A stretch of DNA of 64,000 bases from Mustelus asterias (taxonomy: Eukaryota). Under the pieces are notes generated by a model, which worked only from the letters and a program-made list of their open reading frames with translations, was not told the DNA's origin and searched no databases. A program made the position numbers and the translations under genes. The stretch spans positions 10,912,001 through 10,976,000 of the forward strand of contig NC_135830.1 of assembly GCF_964213995.1 (NCBI RefSeq). The letters are read 5' to 3'. Positions 36,570 to 48,470 of the stretch are shown here, one piece after another (positions within the stretch are counted from its first letter, which is position 1; the number at the start of each line of letters is the position of its first letter).

Positions 36570-37770
36570 ATTGAGGGAAGTGCAGTTGATCTAGTTTGTT
36601 TTGTTCGAGCAAAGCACTGAGAAGGTCCCACAGGGGAGGCTGATTGAGAATATAGAAGCACTTGGAATTCAGGAAACTGGGCGAGATGGATCCGAAAATG
36701 TCTTCATAATAGGACACATAGGGCAGTGGTAGAAGTCTGTTCGAATGAATGGAGGTTAGAGCAAAGTGGCCTACTATAGGTTTCAGTGCTGAGACGCTTT
36801 TTGTTTGTTACATGCATAAATAATATAGATGATAATTTGAGGGGAATTATAAGCAAGTTTGCAGCTGGTGCAAAGATTGTTGGCGTGGTTAATATTGAAG
36901 ACGAAAACCTTATGTTCAAGGAAGGTCTCGATAGGTTGGTCAGATGGAACCAACAGTGGCAGATGGTGTATAAACCGGATAAGTGCGAGGTAATGCACTT
37001 TGGAAGAAATAATAACACAGGTGACTATTTAATGAATCGCAGGACATTAGGAAGCTCAGAGGAACATGTGGATTAGGAATACTTATAAACGGATCCCTGA
37101 AGGTGGCAGAGCAGTTGAATAGGATAGCTACGACGGCATAAGGGACACTTGTTTTTATCAGTCGTGGCATAGAATATAAGGGCAAGGAGTTAACGTTGGA
37201 GTTGTACAGCGCGGTGGTTAGGCCAGAGCTGGAATACTGTGCGCAGTTCTGGCCAGCTCACTGTAGGAAGGATGTGATTATACGAATAGGGGAACAGAGC
37301 AGATTCACCAAGATTTTTCCTGGGACGGAACATTTGAGCGAAAAGGGGGAAGTGGATAGGGTTGGATTATTTTCCTTTGAACAGAGAAGGCTGAGGGATT
37401 GCGGGGGCTGATTGTGGCGTATATGTTTGAGGTTCATGGACAGGGTGAAGGGAAAGCAGCTCTTCCCCTTTGTTGAGATGTTAATCACGAGGGGGCATAG
37501 TTTTAAGCTAAGGGGCTAGAGATTCAGCAAGTATTTTTTTTTCACGAAGAGGTTGGGGGAATATGCAGTACAGCGCCTGGGAAGGTATTATTGGAGGCCG
37601 GAAAAGTTATAAACTTTAAAAAGTATCTGGATGAACACTTGAAAAATCATAGCATTCAAGGATATGGGACACGTGCTAGAAAATGGGATTAGCGCGATGT
37701 TCGTGGCAGTTATTGTTGTTGTACACTCGATGGGCCAAACCGTCTCTACTGCGCTGTACGACTCTATGAC
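36570..37770 (+). mobile_element. Old CR1-clade LINE fragment
   Basis: ORF fragments INNIDDNLRGIISKFA, DKCEVMHFGR and VRPELEYCAQFW. Confidence 0.8.
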
Positions 37771-39434
37771 TAAGCACAGTTCACAGTGAGGAGAAATGCA
37801 ACATGTCCTCTGTCAGTGACCAACGCCTCTGCTGATAATCCGACCTATCAAGGAAACAAAAGGCACAACCAAACTGAGGAGAAACTGTGATAATGCGGGG
37901 ATTGCGGGAAGGGATTCAAGCAACAGAAAGTAAGAGACAAATGAATGGGGAAAGAAGTGCGAATGAAAATAAGACAGATTAATATATCAAATGTTGAACT
38001 CAATTTTGATTTCTCCTGGCTTTAACGTGTCCCCTTTTCATTTGGTAATAAAGTATTACATTTCTCTTTCAGTTCAGATGAAAGGTCACCTGATCATCTG
38101 TTTCTCTCTTCACAGAGCCAAGTCTGATCTGCTGGGGACATGAGATTCACAGTTTTACATTCCAGTCTGGTGTGGATTGATAATGAGAAGCTCCTTTAAT
38201 TGAGAAAAATAAATGCATTTAGGATTCTGACTTGAAACAAAATAAGCTGCACCCGTGAGTGAGAGAAACATTTTCAGATTTGACGATGTCCGTCAAACCG
38301 AGTTTAAAGAGTTAGGATGTTGTATTTGCATATTTTCAATCCACCACAACTATTCCTGCATCGAGGGAATTTTACACTATTGAAACCAATATACTGGTAG
38401 CCATTCCAATTTCGGTTCAGTTGCAAACCGACCTCCTTGCACAGGTCCTGCCGTCTCCCAGAACAGTTCCAGAGCTCTGGAAGTCTGAAGGCCTCACTTC
38501 TGCACCTATTCTCCAGACGTGCACTCGTCTGAAGTAACCACCTATTTCTACACTCACTGGCACGTGGCACCGTGATTACGAACTTCTGTTTTTTATTTTT
38601 TATTTGATCTACTTCTTGACTCCCTGAACTCTGCTTGCAGGATTTCCTCGCTTGTTCTATTATTTAGTTGAAATCAATACTTACCACGGTTTCTGTAGCC
38701 ATCTCCACCCCCTCCACCCTCCCCCACCCCCTCCACCTTCAGAAAAAGTTGCAGCCGTTTACTGACATTCTGACCCTGGCACTAGTGAGGCAGCAAACCA
38801 TCCCAGAAATGTTAAGTCTTTTCTCCAGAGAATTGAATCCCTCCCTCTATAGCAATGCCATTTTCCTCCTCACCTATTGTGCAGCAGACCCATGCATGTT
38901 GCCACGACGTTGACTTTCACTGCTTTCCCCGGCACATTCAGCCCCCCTCCCGCTCCACCGCGAAAGAATCAGTAGAGCAGTCCCCCCGCCCCCCTCCCCC
39001 ACCTCCCTCCCCCCCCCCCCCCCCCCCACCCTCCGCCGCGAAAGAAACAGTAGCCAAAACGTTAAAGCTGCCAGATGACCACAGGCCAGTCCTGAACTAC
39101 CTTCCTTCCTCTACTCCGCCTCGTGGTCACCCATGGGCTTTCTGCCTTTTCAACCTTCACCTGCGGTTTGGTCACTTTCGGAACGTGTTATCGACGACTT
39201 GCTCAGCTATGGGGATGCCCCACATTGAATCTTCTCAGCCTCAGCTTCGAAATGTGGTTAGCCAGTTGCTACGTTTGGACACACTTCCTGAACACCTGGT
39301 CACCTAGTGACACCTGAAACTTGCACTGTTGCCATATCGAACATTCGTAGGTGCAAGCTCTCCTGCCATGACTACCCTTAAGCCCATCCCTCTAGCCCCC
39401 AACCGCTCCAGGCCCGCCTCCACCACCCGCCCAA

Positions 39435-39477
<43 letters not shown>
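39435..39477. repeat. (TC)n(AC)n microsatellite
   Basis: Direct observation. Confidence 0.95.
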
Positions 39478-39705
39478 AAGCCGCAACACCGCACCAATTG
39501 GCTGCCTGAACACGTCAGAAAGGTTAGCTGGCAATCGCAGTTTGCATGTTGTGTATGGGATTCATGGTCATGTGCTGGTAAATGCGGTAATAGGACGTAT
39601 CAAATTGATTGAATGTGCATCGTACATTTCCATACAGTATAGAATTTGGACGTAATATTCAGCACAAACAAGCCTTCTGATCCTCATTGTGATTGCCGGC
39701 CCCGA

Positions 39706-39751
39706 ACACTATCCGCCAACCTATTACATTTGCTCATGATCCTTCAAACGA
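39706..39751 (+). other. Putative leader exon (L-PART1) of the TCR V gene; ACA at the expected ATG
   Basis: 46 nt encoding (T)LSANLLHLLMILQT plus 1 nt, then donor GTGAGT. Splices in frame (phase 1) to the V exon, giving ..LQTTQS|QLDK. Confidence 0.65.
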
Positions 39752-40155
39752 GTGAGTATTTCGGGCGATTATCACCGTTTTATTTCGTTGATGTTTTTTC
39801 GATTTTCCTCTAATATTTATTCCCCTCATTGGGGAGGCCTGGCTCCTCGAGTTTTGCTCTTGGACCCATGAATGCCCCGAGTCCATTTAATGGAAAATCA
39901 AACTGAACTATCTCAGTCAGAACGGCCGGTCTGGGGGAGGGGTTTTGCTTCCCCGAGAAGGGCAGCCTTGGCTGATGAATGTACCCAGAAGAAAATTGCA
40001 ATGTTAATCGTCTGGGGCCAGTGAGCTCAGGAAATAAATCTCTGAACATTCCCCTATTTTAATTTCACTCACGGAATGCAGTCCATCGCTAAATTTCAGT
40101 AGATTAGTGAATAAGAGCCCGCGTTATTATTTGTATATCTGTCTAAGTGTGTTTT

Positions 40156-40159
<4 letters not shown>

Positions 40160-40205
<46 letters not shown>

Positions 40206-40335
40206 GTGTCTGTCTGTCTGTCTGTGCATATGTTTTTGGCTGTGTGTCTGCGCGTGCCTGACTATGTGTGGATGTCTGTGTGTCTTTGTTTGTGTCCCTG
40301 CGTTTTGTGAGTTTCTGTGCGTGTCGGTGTGTAAC
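40160..40335. repeat. (TG)n microsatellite and TG-rich low-complexity tract in the V-gene intron
   Basis: Direct observation. Confidence 0.95.
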
Positions 40336-40556
40336 TGCACCTGTTTTTGTCTGTAGGAGGGAACCTATGTGGCGAAAGAGAGAATATCTTTTTGTGATTG
40401 TATGTGACAGAAAGAGAGGGAGAGATAATGTGTGTATTTTTGACTGTAAGAGTGTATGCGTTCGAGAGAGAGAAAAATTGTGCTCAAAACGTATTTCATT
40501 TTAAATCAAAAACACATCTAAGAGTTATGTTTGTCACATTCTGTTATTTTTTCCAG

Positions 40557-40864
40557 CGCAGAGCCAGCTGGATAAACTTTTCCAAAAGCCCACAGTAGTT
40601 GCAGTGAGTGAAGGGAGTCCCCTGATGTTGTCCTGTCACTACCCCACCACATACACAGCAGCTTACCCATATTGGTACGTACAGTACTCGGGACAGGGCC
40701 ATCAGTACATGCTGGTCAGACATACTGCTGGTAATGAAGAGAACGCGCCTACATTTGGAAAGCGGTTTTCTGCTGTACAGGATAAAATGAACACAAACAT
40801 CCTTTTGAACATCACAGACACTCAGATTTCTGACTCAGCCGTGTATTACTGCGCGGCGATGAAG
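40557..40864 (+). CDS. T-cell receptor alpha/delta-type variable (V) gene segment, open V exon
   Basis: Acceptor TTCTGTTATTTTTTCCAG. Translation QSQLDKLFQKPTVVAVSEGSPLMLSCHY..YPYWYVQYSGQGHQYML..GKRFSA..LLNITDTQISDSAVYYCAAMK has the 1st Cys, Trp, L-x-I and D-S-A-V-Y-Y-C hallmarks. An RSS follows immediately. Confidence 0.9.
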
Positions 40865-40903
40865 CACCACGTTACATCGAGCCTTAACACTCGTACAAAA
40901 ACT
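40865..40903 (+). other. 23-bp-spacer recombination signal sequence (RSS)
   Basis: Heptamer CACCACG, 23-nt spacer TTACATCGAGCCTTAACACTCGT, nonamer ACAAAAACT. Confidence 0.85.
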
Positions 40904-41934
40904 AACAGTTCCAGGTGATGTGTGACATTACACGCTCTTTCGGAGAATGTGCGCAGACGCGATGGGCCAATTGGCCACCATCTGCACTGCAGGGATCGCA
41001 TGCATTCCATGGATCCCTAATTGTCCTGAAAGTAAATGGCTTGCTACTGGGTTCAGAGAGTAGTGAAGAGTCAATCTGGAGTCGCATGTCGGTCAGGTTA
41101 AGGAAAGATGGCGATGTCCTCGTCTGACGCCCTGAAGGACATTGCTGAGTAAATTAATTTTCCAAGTCAAACGATGAAAATTCACGATCACCATTATTGG
41201 TGTTAATTTTCAATCACAGACTGTGTTAATTTAACGTTTACCAGTTTCAAATGTTAGAATTGAATCAATTGGTATGGAAGATTAACGTGGCCCTCTGACT
41301 AATGTGCGGAGTGACATTGTCACATGCCCACTGTCTCCTCGATAAGGGAAGTTATTTTCGAGACATTGCAACAGTGACTGCATTGCGAAAGTACCAGATT
41401 GGCTGTCACGTGCTTTAGGATAACTCGTGGTGCTCAAATGTATTTGTTTCCAGTTTCCAATTCTCCAAAATTGATAAACTTTAATGATTTATCTGAGGAA
41501 TTTGCTGCAGATAATGAACACTATAAAGCGCTAAAAGTTTTTCTTCGTCTCGAAAGCTGACGTCACACGAGGTGTTGGTGTTTCATATGCCCTGTTAAAA
41601 CATTTCCCCTTCTCTGTTCTGATTTTGATTCGTCTACTTTATGTTTCAATTGCTTCAAATGGAATTAGATAATCTGATCATCAGAATGAACTTAGGAGCG
41701 GAAATCTGTGGTCTCAGTAGCATTTGCAGTAGCTGAATATTTTTCCATGAATCATCTTCAGTAGAGAATTACACATCCTTACACCTGGTCACTGTTTCTA
41801 TCAGGAGTTACATGTAGATGGGAAACTTCCGTTAGAACCGGAAGTGCACATGTATCTGACTGAGGTAACTGGGACCGCAACTGCCAATCTCAGGTTATGG
41901 CAGCAGCGAGAAGCTCCACCTCCCGACCTCGCTT

Positions 41935-42783
41935 TAGAACCATAGAACCATAGAAAATTACAGCTCAGAAACAGGCCTTTTGGCCCTTCTTGTCTGTGCC
42001 GAACCATTTTATGCCTAGTCCCACTGACCTGCACTTGGACTATATCCCTCCACACCCCTCTCATCCATGAACCCGTCCAAGTTTTTCTTAAATGTTAAAA
42101 GTGACCCCGCATTTACCACTTTATCTGGCAGCTCATTCCACACTCCCACCACTCTCTGCGTGAAGAAGCCCCCCCTAATATTCCCTTTAAACTTTTCTCC
42201 TTTCACCCTTAACCCATGCCCTCGGGTTTTTTTCTCCCCTCGCCTCAGCAGAAAAAGCCTGCTTGCATTCACTCTATCTATACCCATCAAAATCTTATAC
42301 ACCTCTATCAAATCTCCCCTCAATCTTCTACGCTCCAGGGAATAACGTCCCAACCTATTCAATCTCTCTCTGTAACTCAGCTTCTCAAGTCCCGGCAACA
42401 TCCTTGTGAACCTTCTCTGCACTCTTTCAATCTTATTTACATCCTTCCTGTAACTAGGTGACCAAAACTGTACACAATACTCCAAATTCGGCCTCACCAA
42501 TGCCTTATATAACCTTACCATAACACTCCAACTTTTATACTCGATACTCCGATTTATAAAGGCCAATGTACCAAAGGCACTCTTTACGACCCTATCCATC
42601 TGTGACGTCACTTTTAGGGAATTCTGTACCTGTATTCCCAGATCCCTCTGTTCAACTGCACTCTTCAGAGTCCTACCATCCTACGTTCTTCTTTGGTTTG
42701 TCCTTCCAAAGTGCAATATCTCACACTTGTCTGCGTTAAATTCCATTTGCCATTTTTCAGCCCATTTTTCTAGTTGGTCCAAA
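41935..42783 (-). mobile_element. Young CR1-clade LINE 3' fragment (same family as 30296)
   Basis: ORF 42015-42611 and an (GTTCTATG)n tail. Very close to 30296-31142. Confidence 0.95.
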
Positions 42784-43796
42784 TAATTTATAATAACGTT
42801 AGCGGTTAAACTGACAACGGTGCACTTTTTTTTCCTCAAGGAATCTTCATTCCCGTAAAGGTGACAGAGTGAGCATTTCATTCATTGGAAGACTGATTTT
42901 GCAAGTTATGTTCACAGCGAGGACGTAAGGTAAAAAAAAAACTCTGCTGGACAATTGCTAACTGAAAGTTTAGCAGAATTGTCCATAAGTCAAACTAGAA
43001 ACTTATAAATCCCTTTGAATGTGTGTAATATTAATCCCGGATTCTAAAAATCCTGCATGAACTAAACATTGATGAAAGATCCGTTATTTATAATATATTC
43101 CCTGCAAGTTATCAATGTGTGTCATATTCTGTGTTCGCTATGACGTACATACGACGTCAGTGAACTTCAATATATTGCTGTTAAACAAAAGGAATTCGAG
43201 TTTTCAGCAGTGTCAGCGATTACTGTGCGTTCACACACACTCAGTGTGTGAATTGCGGCATTGTGCATTGATGTCATTGAATGGTAAATGTTACTTCCTT
43301 CTGAATATCATTATCCCGTTTGAAATTTCAATCTTTGCAGTTTGTGCATTTGGATCAGTTACTGTCCGATTGTCAGGAGACTGGTGGCTGTACCCTACGC
43401 CAAACACAGAATGTCATGACATATGAGCGGGAACAGGAGACACCGAGCCTCAATACTGGTAGAACCAGCGGTGACATATTGTCAGTGTCTGCAGGTTTCT
43501 AAGTAAATAGGCGTAAAGACAAACAGCAATGTGGTTATTCGGTATCTGTGCAATGTTTGAAGCGTTTATTACAGGTAATTAATTTGAGTGCAATTTTGAA
43601 CTAAACGTGAACAGTACTTGGGGTAAAACGTGAACACTGTGGGGTAAAATAGTAAAGTCTACATGTTTAGATTTGTAAACGATACCATCATTTGGTCTTT
43701 CTGTGTCAGGTTTCGTGAAAATTGCATTGGCGTCGAATTTGCAGCCAACACGCTGCCACCCTGATTAAGGATGCCATGTTGGTCTCCATTGTGTCA

Positions 43797-43813
43797 GTCT
43801 CTGTGGCGCAATT

Positions 43814-43853
<40 letters not shown>

Positions 43854-43870
43854 GAATCCACCCAGGGTCG
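43797..43870 (+). tRNA. tRNA-Asn(GTT), near-intact (one acceptor-stem mismatch)
   Basis: GTCTCTGTGGCGCAATTGGTTAGCGCGTTCGGCTGTTAACCGAAAGGTTGGTGGTTCGAATCCACCCAGGGTCG, with a T8 terminator downstream. Confidence 0.9.
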
Positions 43871-44897
43871 GTGATTTCACTTTTTTTTCTCTCCATCTGC
43901 TTTCATTGTCTCTTCGGTTTTGAGTGTCACTGAGTCCTTGGGCAACACTAAAAAAAGCTTATCGTGTGTTTCTGCCTCTGCTGTTAGCCGACGTTAATTT
44001 ATTGAACATTTATCTCTAACATATTATTTGTAACAATTTATATATTTCAAATATTATTAAACTCAATAACTGAACTCGAAACTTTAACCCATGTTTGATC
44101 TTGGGTTGCCATTATCCTGCACACTCCCCTTCTTTCTCAGATAGATCAGGAATTTGTCTGTCCCAACCTGAAATGTGTTCAACGAGGGAAATACACAGCA
44201 AGTCGGCAATAATCAGTGGAATGAGGACTGAGCTAAACTTTCACCAGAATGCTGTTTTTATAATTGCAACGTCCTGAGATTGAGAGCAGATAATTCACAT
44301 TTGAGTTTCTTTGAGAGAAGAATGCCTGCCGTGTTTTATATGATAAGTTTCACAGGATCAGCAATGATGAGATTGGTGTGTTTTGGAAATTGAAAGTTAC
44401 GCGTGAACAGCTTGTGGGACTATTTCATTTATCATTGCCGTCTTGCGGTGTGTTTTATGTTCTGACAAAACCTTTATTTATAATACACGCATTAGATGGT
44501 GGAAATTCTCAGCAGGTTTGGCAGAATCTGTGGACACGCATCAAATTTTAAACACTTCCATATGTCACCTGTGTTCCTGAAGGATACTGACTATAGTGTT
44601 CAAAAAAACTGACAAAACCTTTTCAAAGCAGCTGTCACATCGCTAAGTGTTATTAAATATTAAGGCATCACATTATTTCACAGCCATGCGGCACTTACAC
44701 TTGCCCAATACTTGAATAATATTCGGCAACTGCAGTCATGGAGAAAGAGATAAAATTCGGGGCAAATGTTACTTTCTGAGTCTTATGTTAGATCAATGAC
44801 TCTGCCACATGGGTAAGGTATTCAACAGAATTAAAATTCTACAAAACAAGTATTTACATTGCAATCTGATATTCTCGGCTGGTCACATTGGTCATGA

Positions 44898-45213
44898 TGT
44901 GGAGATGCCGTCGTTGGACTGGGGTAAACACAGTAAGAAGTTTAACAACACCAGGTTAAAGTCCAACAGGTTTATTTGGTAGCAAAAGCCACACAAGCTT
45001 TCGGAGCTCCAAGCCCCTTCTTCAGGTGAGTGGGAATTATGTTCACAAACAGGGCATATAAGGAGACAAACTCAATTTACATGAATAATGGTTGGAATAG
45101 ATTCCTGGACCTGCAGAGTTTCACTGGCTGTCTTGTCTGGAGACAATACACATCTTTTTAGCCTGTCTTGATGCTCTCTCTACTCACGTTGTTTTGTTTC
45201 TTAAAGACTTGAT
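44898..45213 (-). mobile_element. Short Penelope-terminus insertion with internal inversion and 13-bp TSD
   Basis: TSD ACATTGGTCATGA (44885-44897, 45214-45226). Absent from the paralogous site at about 63325. Matches the 58247 terminus, and the last about 110 bp is an inverted part of it. Confidence 0.85.
44992..45028 (-). ncRNA. Minimal type-I hammerhead ribozyme motif
   Basis: CAC-CUGAAGA-A-GGGGC(UUGGA)GCUCC-GAAA-GC-UU-GUG. Confidence 0.7.
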
Positions 45214-46509
45214 ACATTGGTCATGAGCAGAGTTCCTGGATTGGAGGAGTTAACATGTTCATTTTATATACGATGGGCTCCTCGATTCAAAATAAGGTGG
45301 AAACATAATCAAAATTAATATTTTAAAAAAAATTTCCCTGATTCTAGGTCGGTGTTGCATATGAACTGGATTGGAGCAGACAAAATGTTAATTTGTTCTT
45401 CACCATTTATTTAAAAAATGCCCTCAGCAAAGTCGCCACTGACATACTGTTGCTTTTCTACTTCGACTGTCACACTCACGGTGCAGTTGATGTAGGCTAG
45501 ATGGATTTGCCATGGCAAGTGAGTGATGTTACGGTTATACGGTGACAAAAAGTGCCTCAGTAAGGTACTCTGGGCTAATATTCTCTGGATGATGTTTCAG
45601 CTATTTTTGAATGAGGTACGGAGACATTTTTTCACTCAAAGGCTTGTGAATCTTTGGAATTCTTTGATTTATTATCACATGTATTAGCATACAGTGAAAA
45701 GTATTGTTTCTTACGTGCTTCACAGAGAAAGCATACCGTTCATAGAGAAGGAAATGAGAGAGTGCAGAATGTAGTATTCCAATCAAAGCTAGATTGTAAG
45801 AAATTGATTTAAAGCATTGTTGGAGACTTTAAAATAGTTAGAATGAAGTTTTAGAAGCATAGAACGAGAGTGAAAGATAGAATTAGAAGGTATGCAGGGC
45901 ACAGCTTGCAAGAGGTAGCCTCGCTCGGGCGCCATCCTGCATCAATTCTGTAGCCGCACAGAGGTCTGTGGATCTTCAGTTGATGAAGACGTTGAAGGTT
46001 GAGGTGGAGAGCTGTTGGAATCTAATTGAATGAAGGGCAATCGGGATAAACTGGGAAATTGGAGTTGAGGCTATGGATCTGCCTTTATTCAATCGTGGAG
46101 GAGGCACAATGGAACATGTGACCCAATTCTACTCCATTGACTCTATTCACTGGCAACACCAGATACGGCATCAATAGGTTCTGCTGGTAGAGTTCAGGGC
46201 AGTAATGGTGTGGAGTTGCCGGCGTTGGACTAGGGTAAGCACAGTAAGTAGTCTCACAACACCAGGTTAAAATCCAACATGTTTATTTGGTAGCACAAGC
46301 TTTCCTGTTGGACTTTAACCTGGTGCCGTGAGACTACTTACAGAACAGTAATATTAGTTGAAGCGTGTGTTCGAATCTCACCACTGCTATATGTCCAGTT
46401 AATTAACTTTGCGAAATACCTTTGTTATCACACGAATTCCATGCAACTCAAATGCAAATTATTGTTGGCAATTGTTGGAACCAGTTTCCTTGAATCATTG
46501 CATCGCAAT

Positions 46510-46581
46510 GTTTCTGTGGTGTAGTGGTTGTCACATTGGCCTTATACGCGAAAGGTCCCCCGTTTGATTCCGGCAGAAATA
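46510..46581 (+). pseudogene. tRNA-Val-body pseudogene, anticodon reads TAT
   Basis: GTTTCTGTGGTGTAGTGGTTGTCACATTGGCCTTATACGCGAAAGGTCCCCCGTTTGATTCCGGCAGAAATA. Confidence 0.75.
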
Positions 46582-46599
46582 CTTTCATCATAAAGAGAA

Positions 46600-46805
46600 A
46601 AGGTTGCAAGATCTAAACAAACCTGACAGCATCTGTGGAGAGAGAATAGACCCAACGTTTTAAGTCTGGATGACCCTTCGTCAGAGCTCCGGACTCGAAA
46701 TGTTGGCTCTATTCTCTCTCTACAGAGGCTGTCAGACCTGCTGAGATTTTCCAGCATTTTTTTATTTTTGTTCAGGTTCCAGCATCCGCAGTATTTTGCC
46801 TTCAC
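46600..46805. mobile_element. Palindromic Penelope-derived repeat with degenerate hammerhead
   Basis: Revcomp CTGACGAAGGGTCATCCAGACTTAAAACGTT. Inverted arms. Paralog of 20135-20340. Confidence 0.6.
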
Positions 46806-48109
46806 AGAAACATTTCCAAATGCTTTTAATTTCAGAGGATTCGAGTATTGGAATTAGTTGCGCGTTTGTCACGAAGAAATGAAACGACCTACTGAGTGTT
46901 CCCAGTATTTTCTGATTGCAAAGTCAGGAATCACTCAGTGAAAGGAACAAAAGGAATTTCTGTGATAGATCAGAAGGTAGGATGAATTTCATGACACCAG
47001 GAATGGTGGGCAAGGCAACATTGAGCCAGTGATAGTACGGCCTGGGTGGTCTAGTGGTTCACAGTCAATGTTTCCACCGCTATGGCCCGGAATTAATGAC
47101 AAACTGTTAACTAAACAGAGCACTTTGCTCAGCACGTACTGAATTTCTGGAGTTGAAAGTATCTGAAAATAAAGGAAGAAGACATAATTTACTTCAGTTG
47201 GTTACATGATGTTGGAATGACTGTGTGACAATGTCAGTAACGAAAGTGACCTGAAACGGAGCAGTGAAGACAGAGATGGTTATCAACGAATTTCAAATCT
47301 CTGATATCTGCTTTCCTGGCGTCCCGTGGTTAGGACTCGGCGCCATGTTCCGCGTTGGACTGCCAGGCAAGTAGTGAATAACTTCTTATTTAACTCTTCA
47401 GTAAACGAATTGTCCAACATTATACCCGATGTGCTCCAACCACTGAGATGAATTGTATCAGAGCTGGAAAAATCAGAGATGTAACAACAGCAATAAACTC
47501 TGAAGAAGAATGACACGGCAGACATTTATCACAAAAGCAACTGACACACATGTCAAATCCTTCCTCTTTCAAATCGCATCGATTAACTCCTTGTTCTCCA
47601 CCTCGGATATTTCCACATCCAACAAATATCACCCACCTGAAAATTCAACCTCTTCTTCGCTCCACTGATGATGATACACTAACTCCGCACGAGGCGCAGG
47701 AATTGGCTCCGTGGCTCAGTGGTTGGAGCACATCGGGTATAATGTTGGGCAATTTAAAGGTTTTTTATTAGTGGCACAATTAAGCTTACATTAACACCGC
47801 AATGAAGTTACTGTGAAAATTCCCTCGTCGGCAGAACCGGCACCTTCTCGGGTAAAGTGACAGCTAATTTAGCATGGCAAATGCACCTAACCAGCACATC
47901 TTTCAGTCTGTGGGAGTAAGAAGGAGCACCCGCAGGAAACCCACGCAACACGGGGAAAACATGCAGACTCTGCACAGACAGTAACCAATGCCGGGAATCA
48001 AAACCGGGTCCCTGGCGCTGTGAGGCAGCAGTGCCACCATGTTGCCCAAAAATATATTCTCTTGTTCGTAAATGGAGAAAGAGCAGGCAATGTTTGCAAA
48101 GGTGACCTA

Positions 48110-48470
48110 GTTCTTTATTAATTCATTAGAAATGGGCGTCGCTGGCTAGCCAGCATTTATTGTCCATCCTGGTTGCCCTGGGACAGTTTGGAGTCAACCG
48201 CTTTGCTGCAGCTCTGGAATCAATGTAGGCCATGCCGGATAAGCGACGGCAGATTTCCTTCCCTAAAGCGCATTACCGAACTCCACGTTTATTTTTCCGA
48301 CACTCGACAATGGTTTCATGGTCATCAGTAGATTCTTAATTCCAGATAGTTTTTATTGAATACAAATTGCACAACGTGCCGTGGCAGGATTCAAAACCGG
48401 GATCCCATAAAATTGGGTGAGGTCCTGGATTAATAGTCTCCCGTTAATACCACTAGGCCATCGTCTTTCC
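48110..48470 (-). mobile_element. Deu-domain SINE (SacSINE1-like)
   Basis: GACGGCAGATTTCCTTCCCTAAAG core. The tRNA-like head reads in reverse as ATACCACTAGGCCATCG. Confidence 0.65.

Larger units (their letters stand above)
43570..45900 (+). repeat. Segmental duplication unit, direct paralog of 62070-64000
   Basis: Colinear high identity by eye from AACACTGTGGGGTAAAATA through GAAGCATAGAACGAGAGT. Confidence 0.9.

Noticed and set aside
38855-39307. Proline-rich 150-aa ORF
   Set aside because: The poly-Pro comes from C homopolymer runs. No splice or domain support.
40557-40864. Assignment as IgNAR/NAR-TCR V, supporting V-delta, or IgH V
   Set aside because: It has a full CDR2 region, no extra non-canonical Cys, and a TCR-like WYVQ framework. 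A leader-like exon is also present. Not strictly excluded without a phylogeny.
40868-40874. Alternative heptamer CACGTTA
   Set aside because: It gives a 20-bp spacer, fitting neither the 12 nor the 23 rule.
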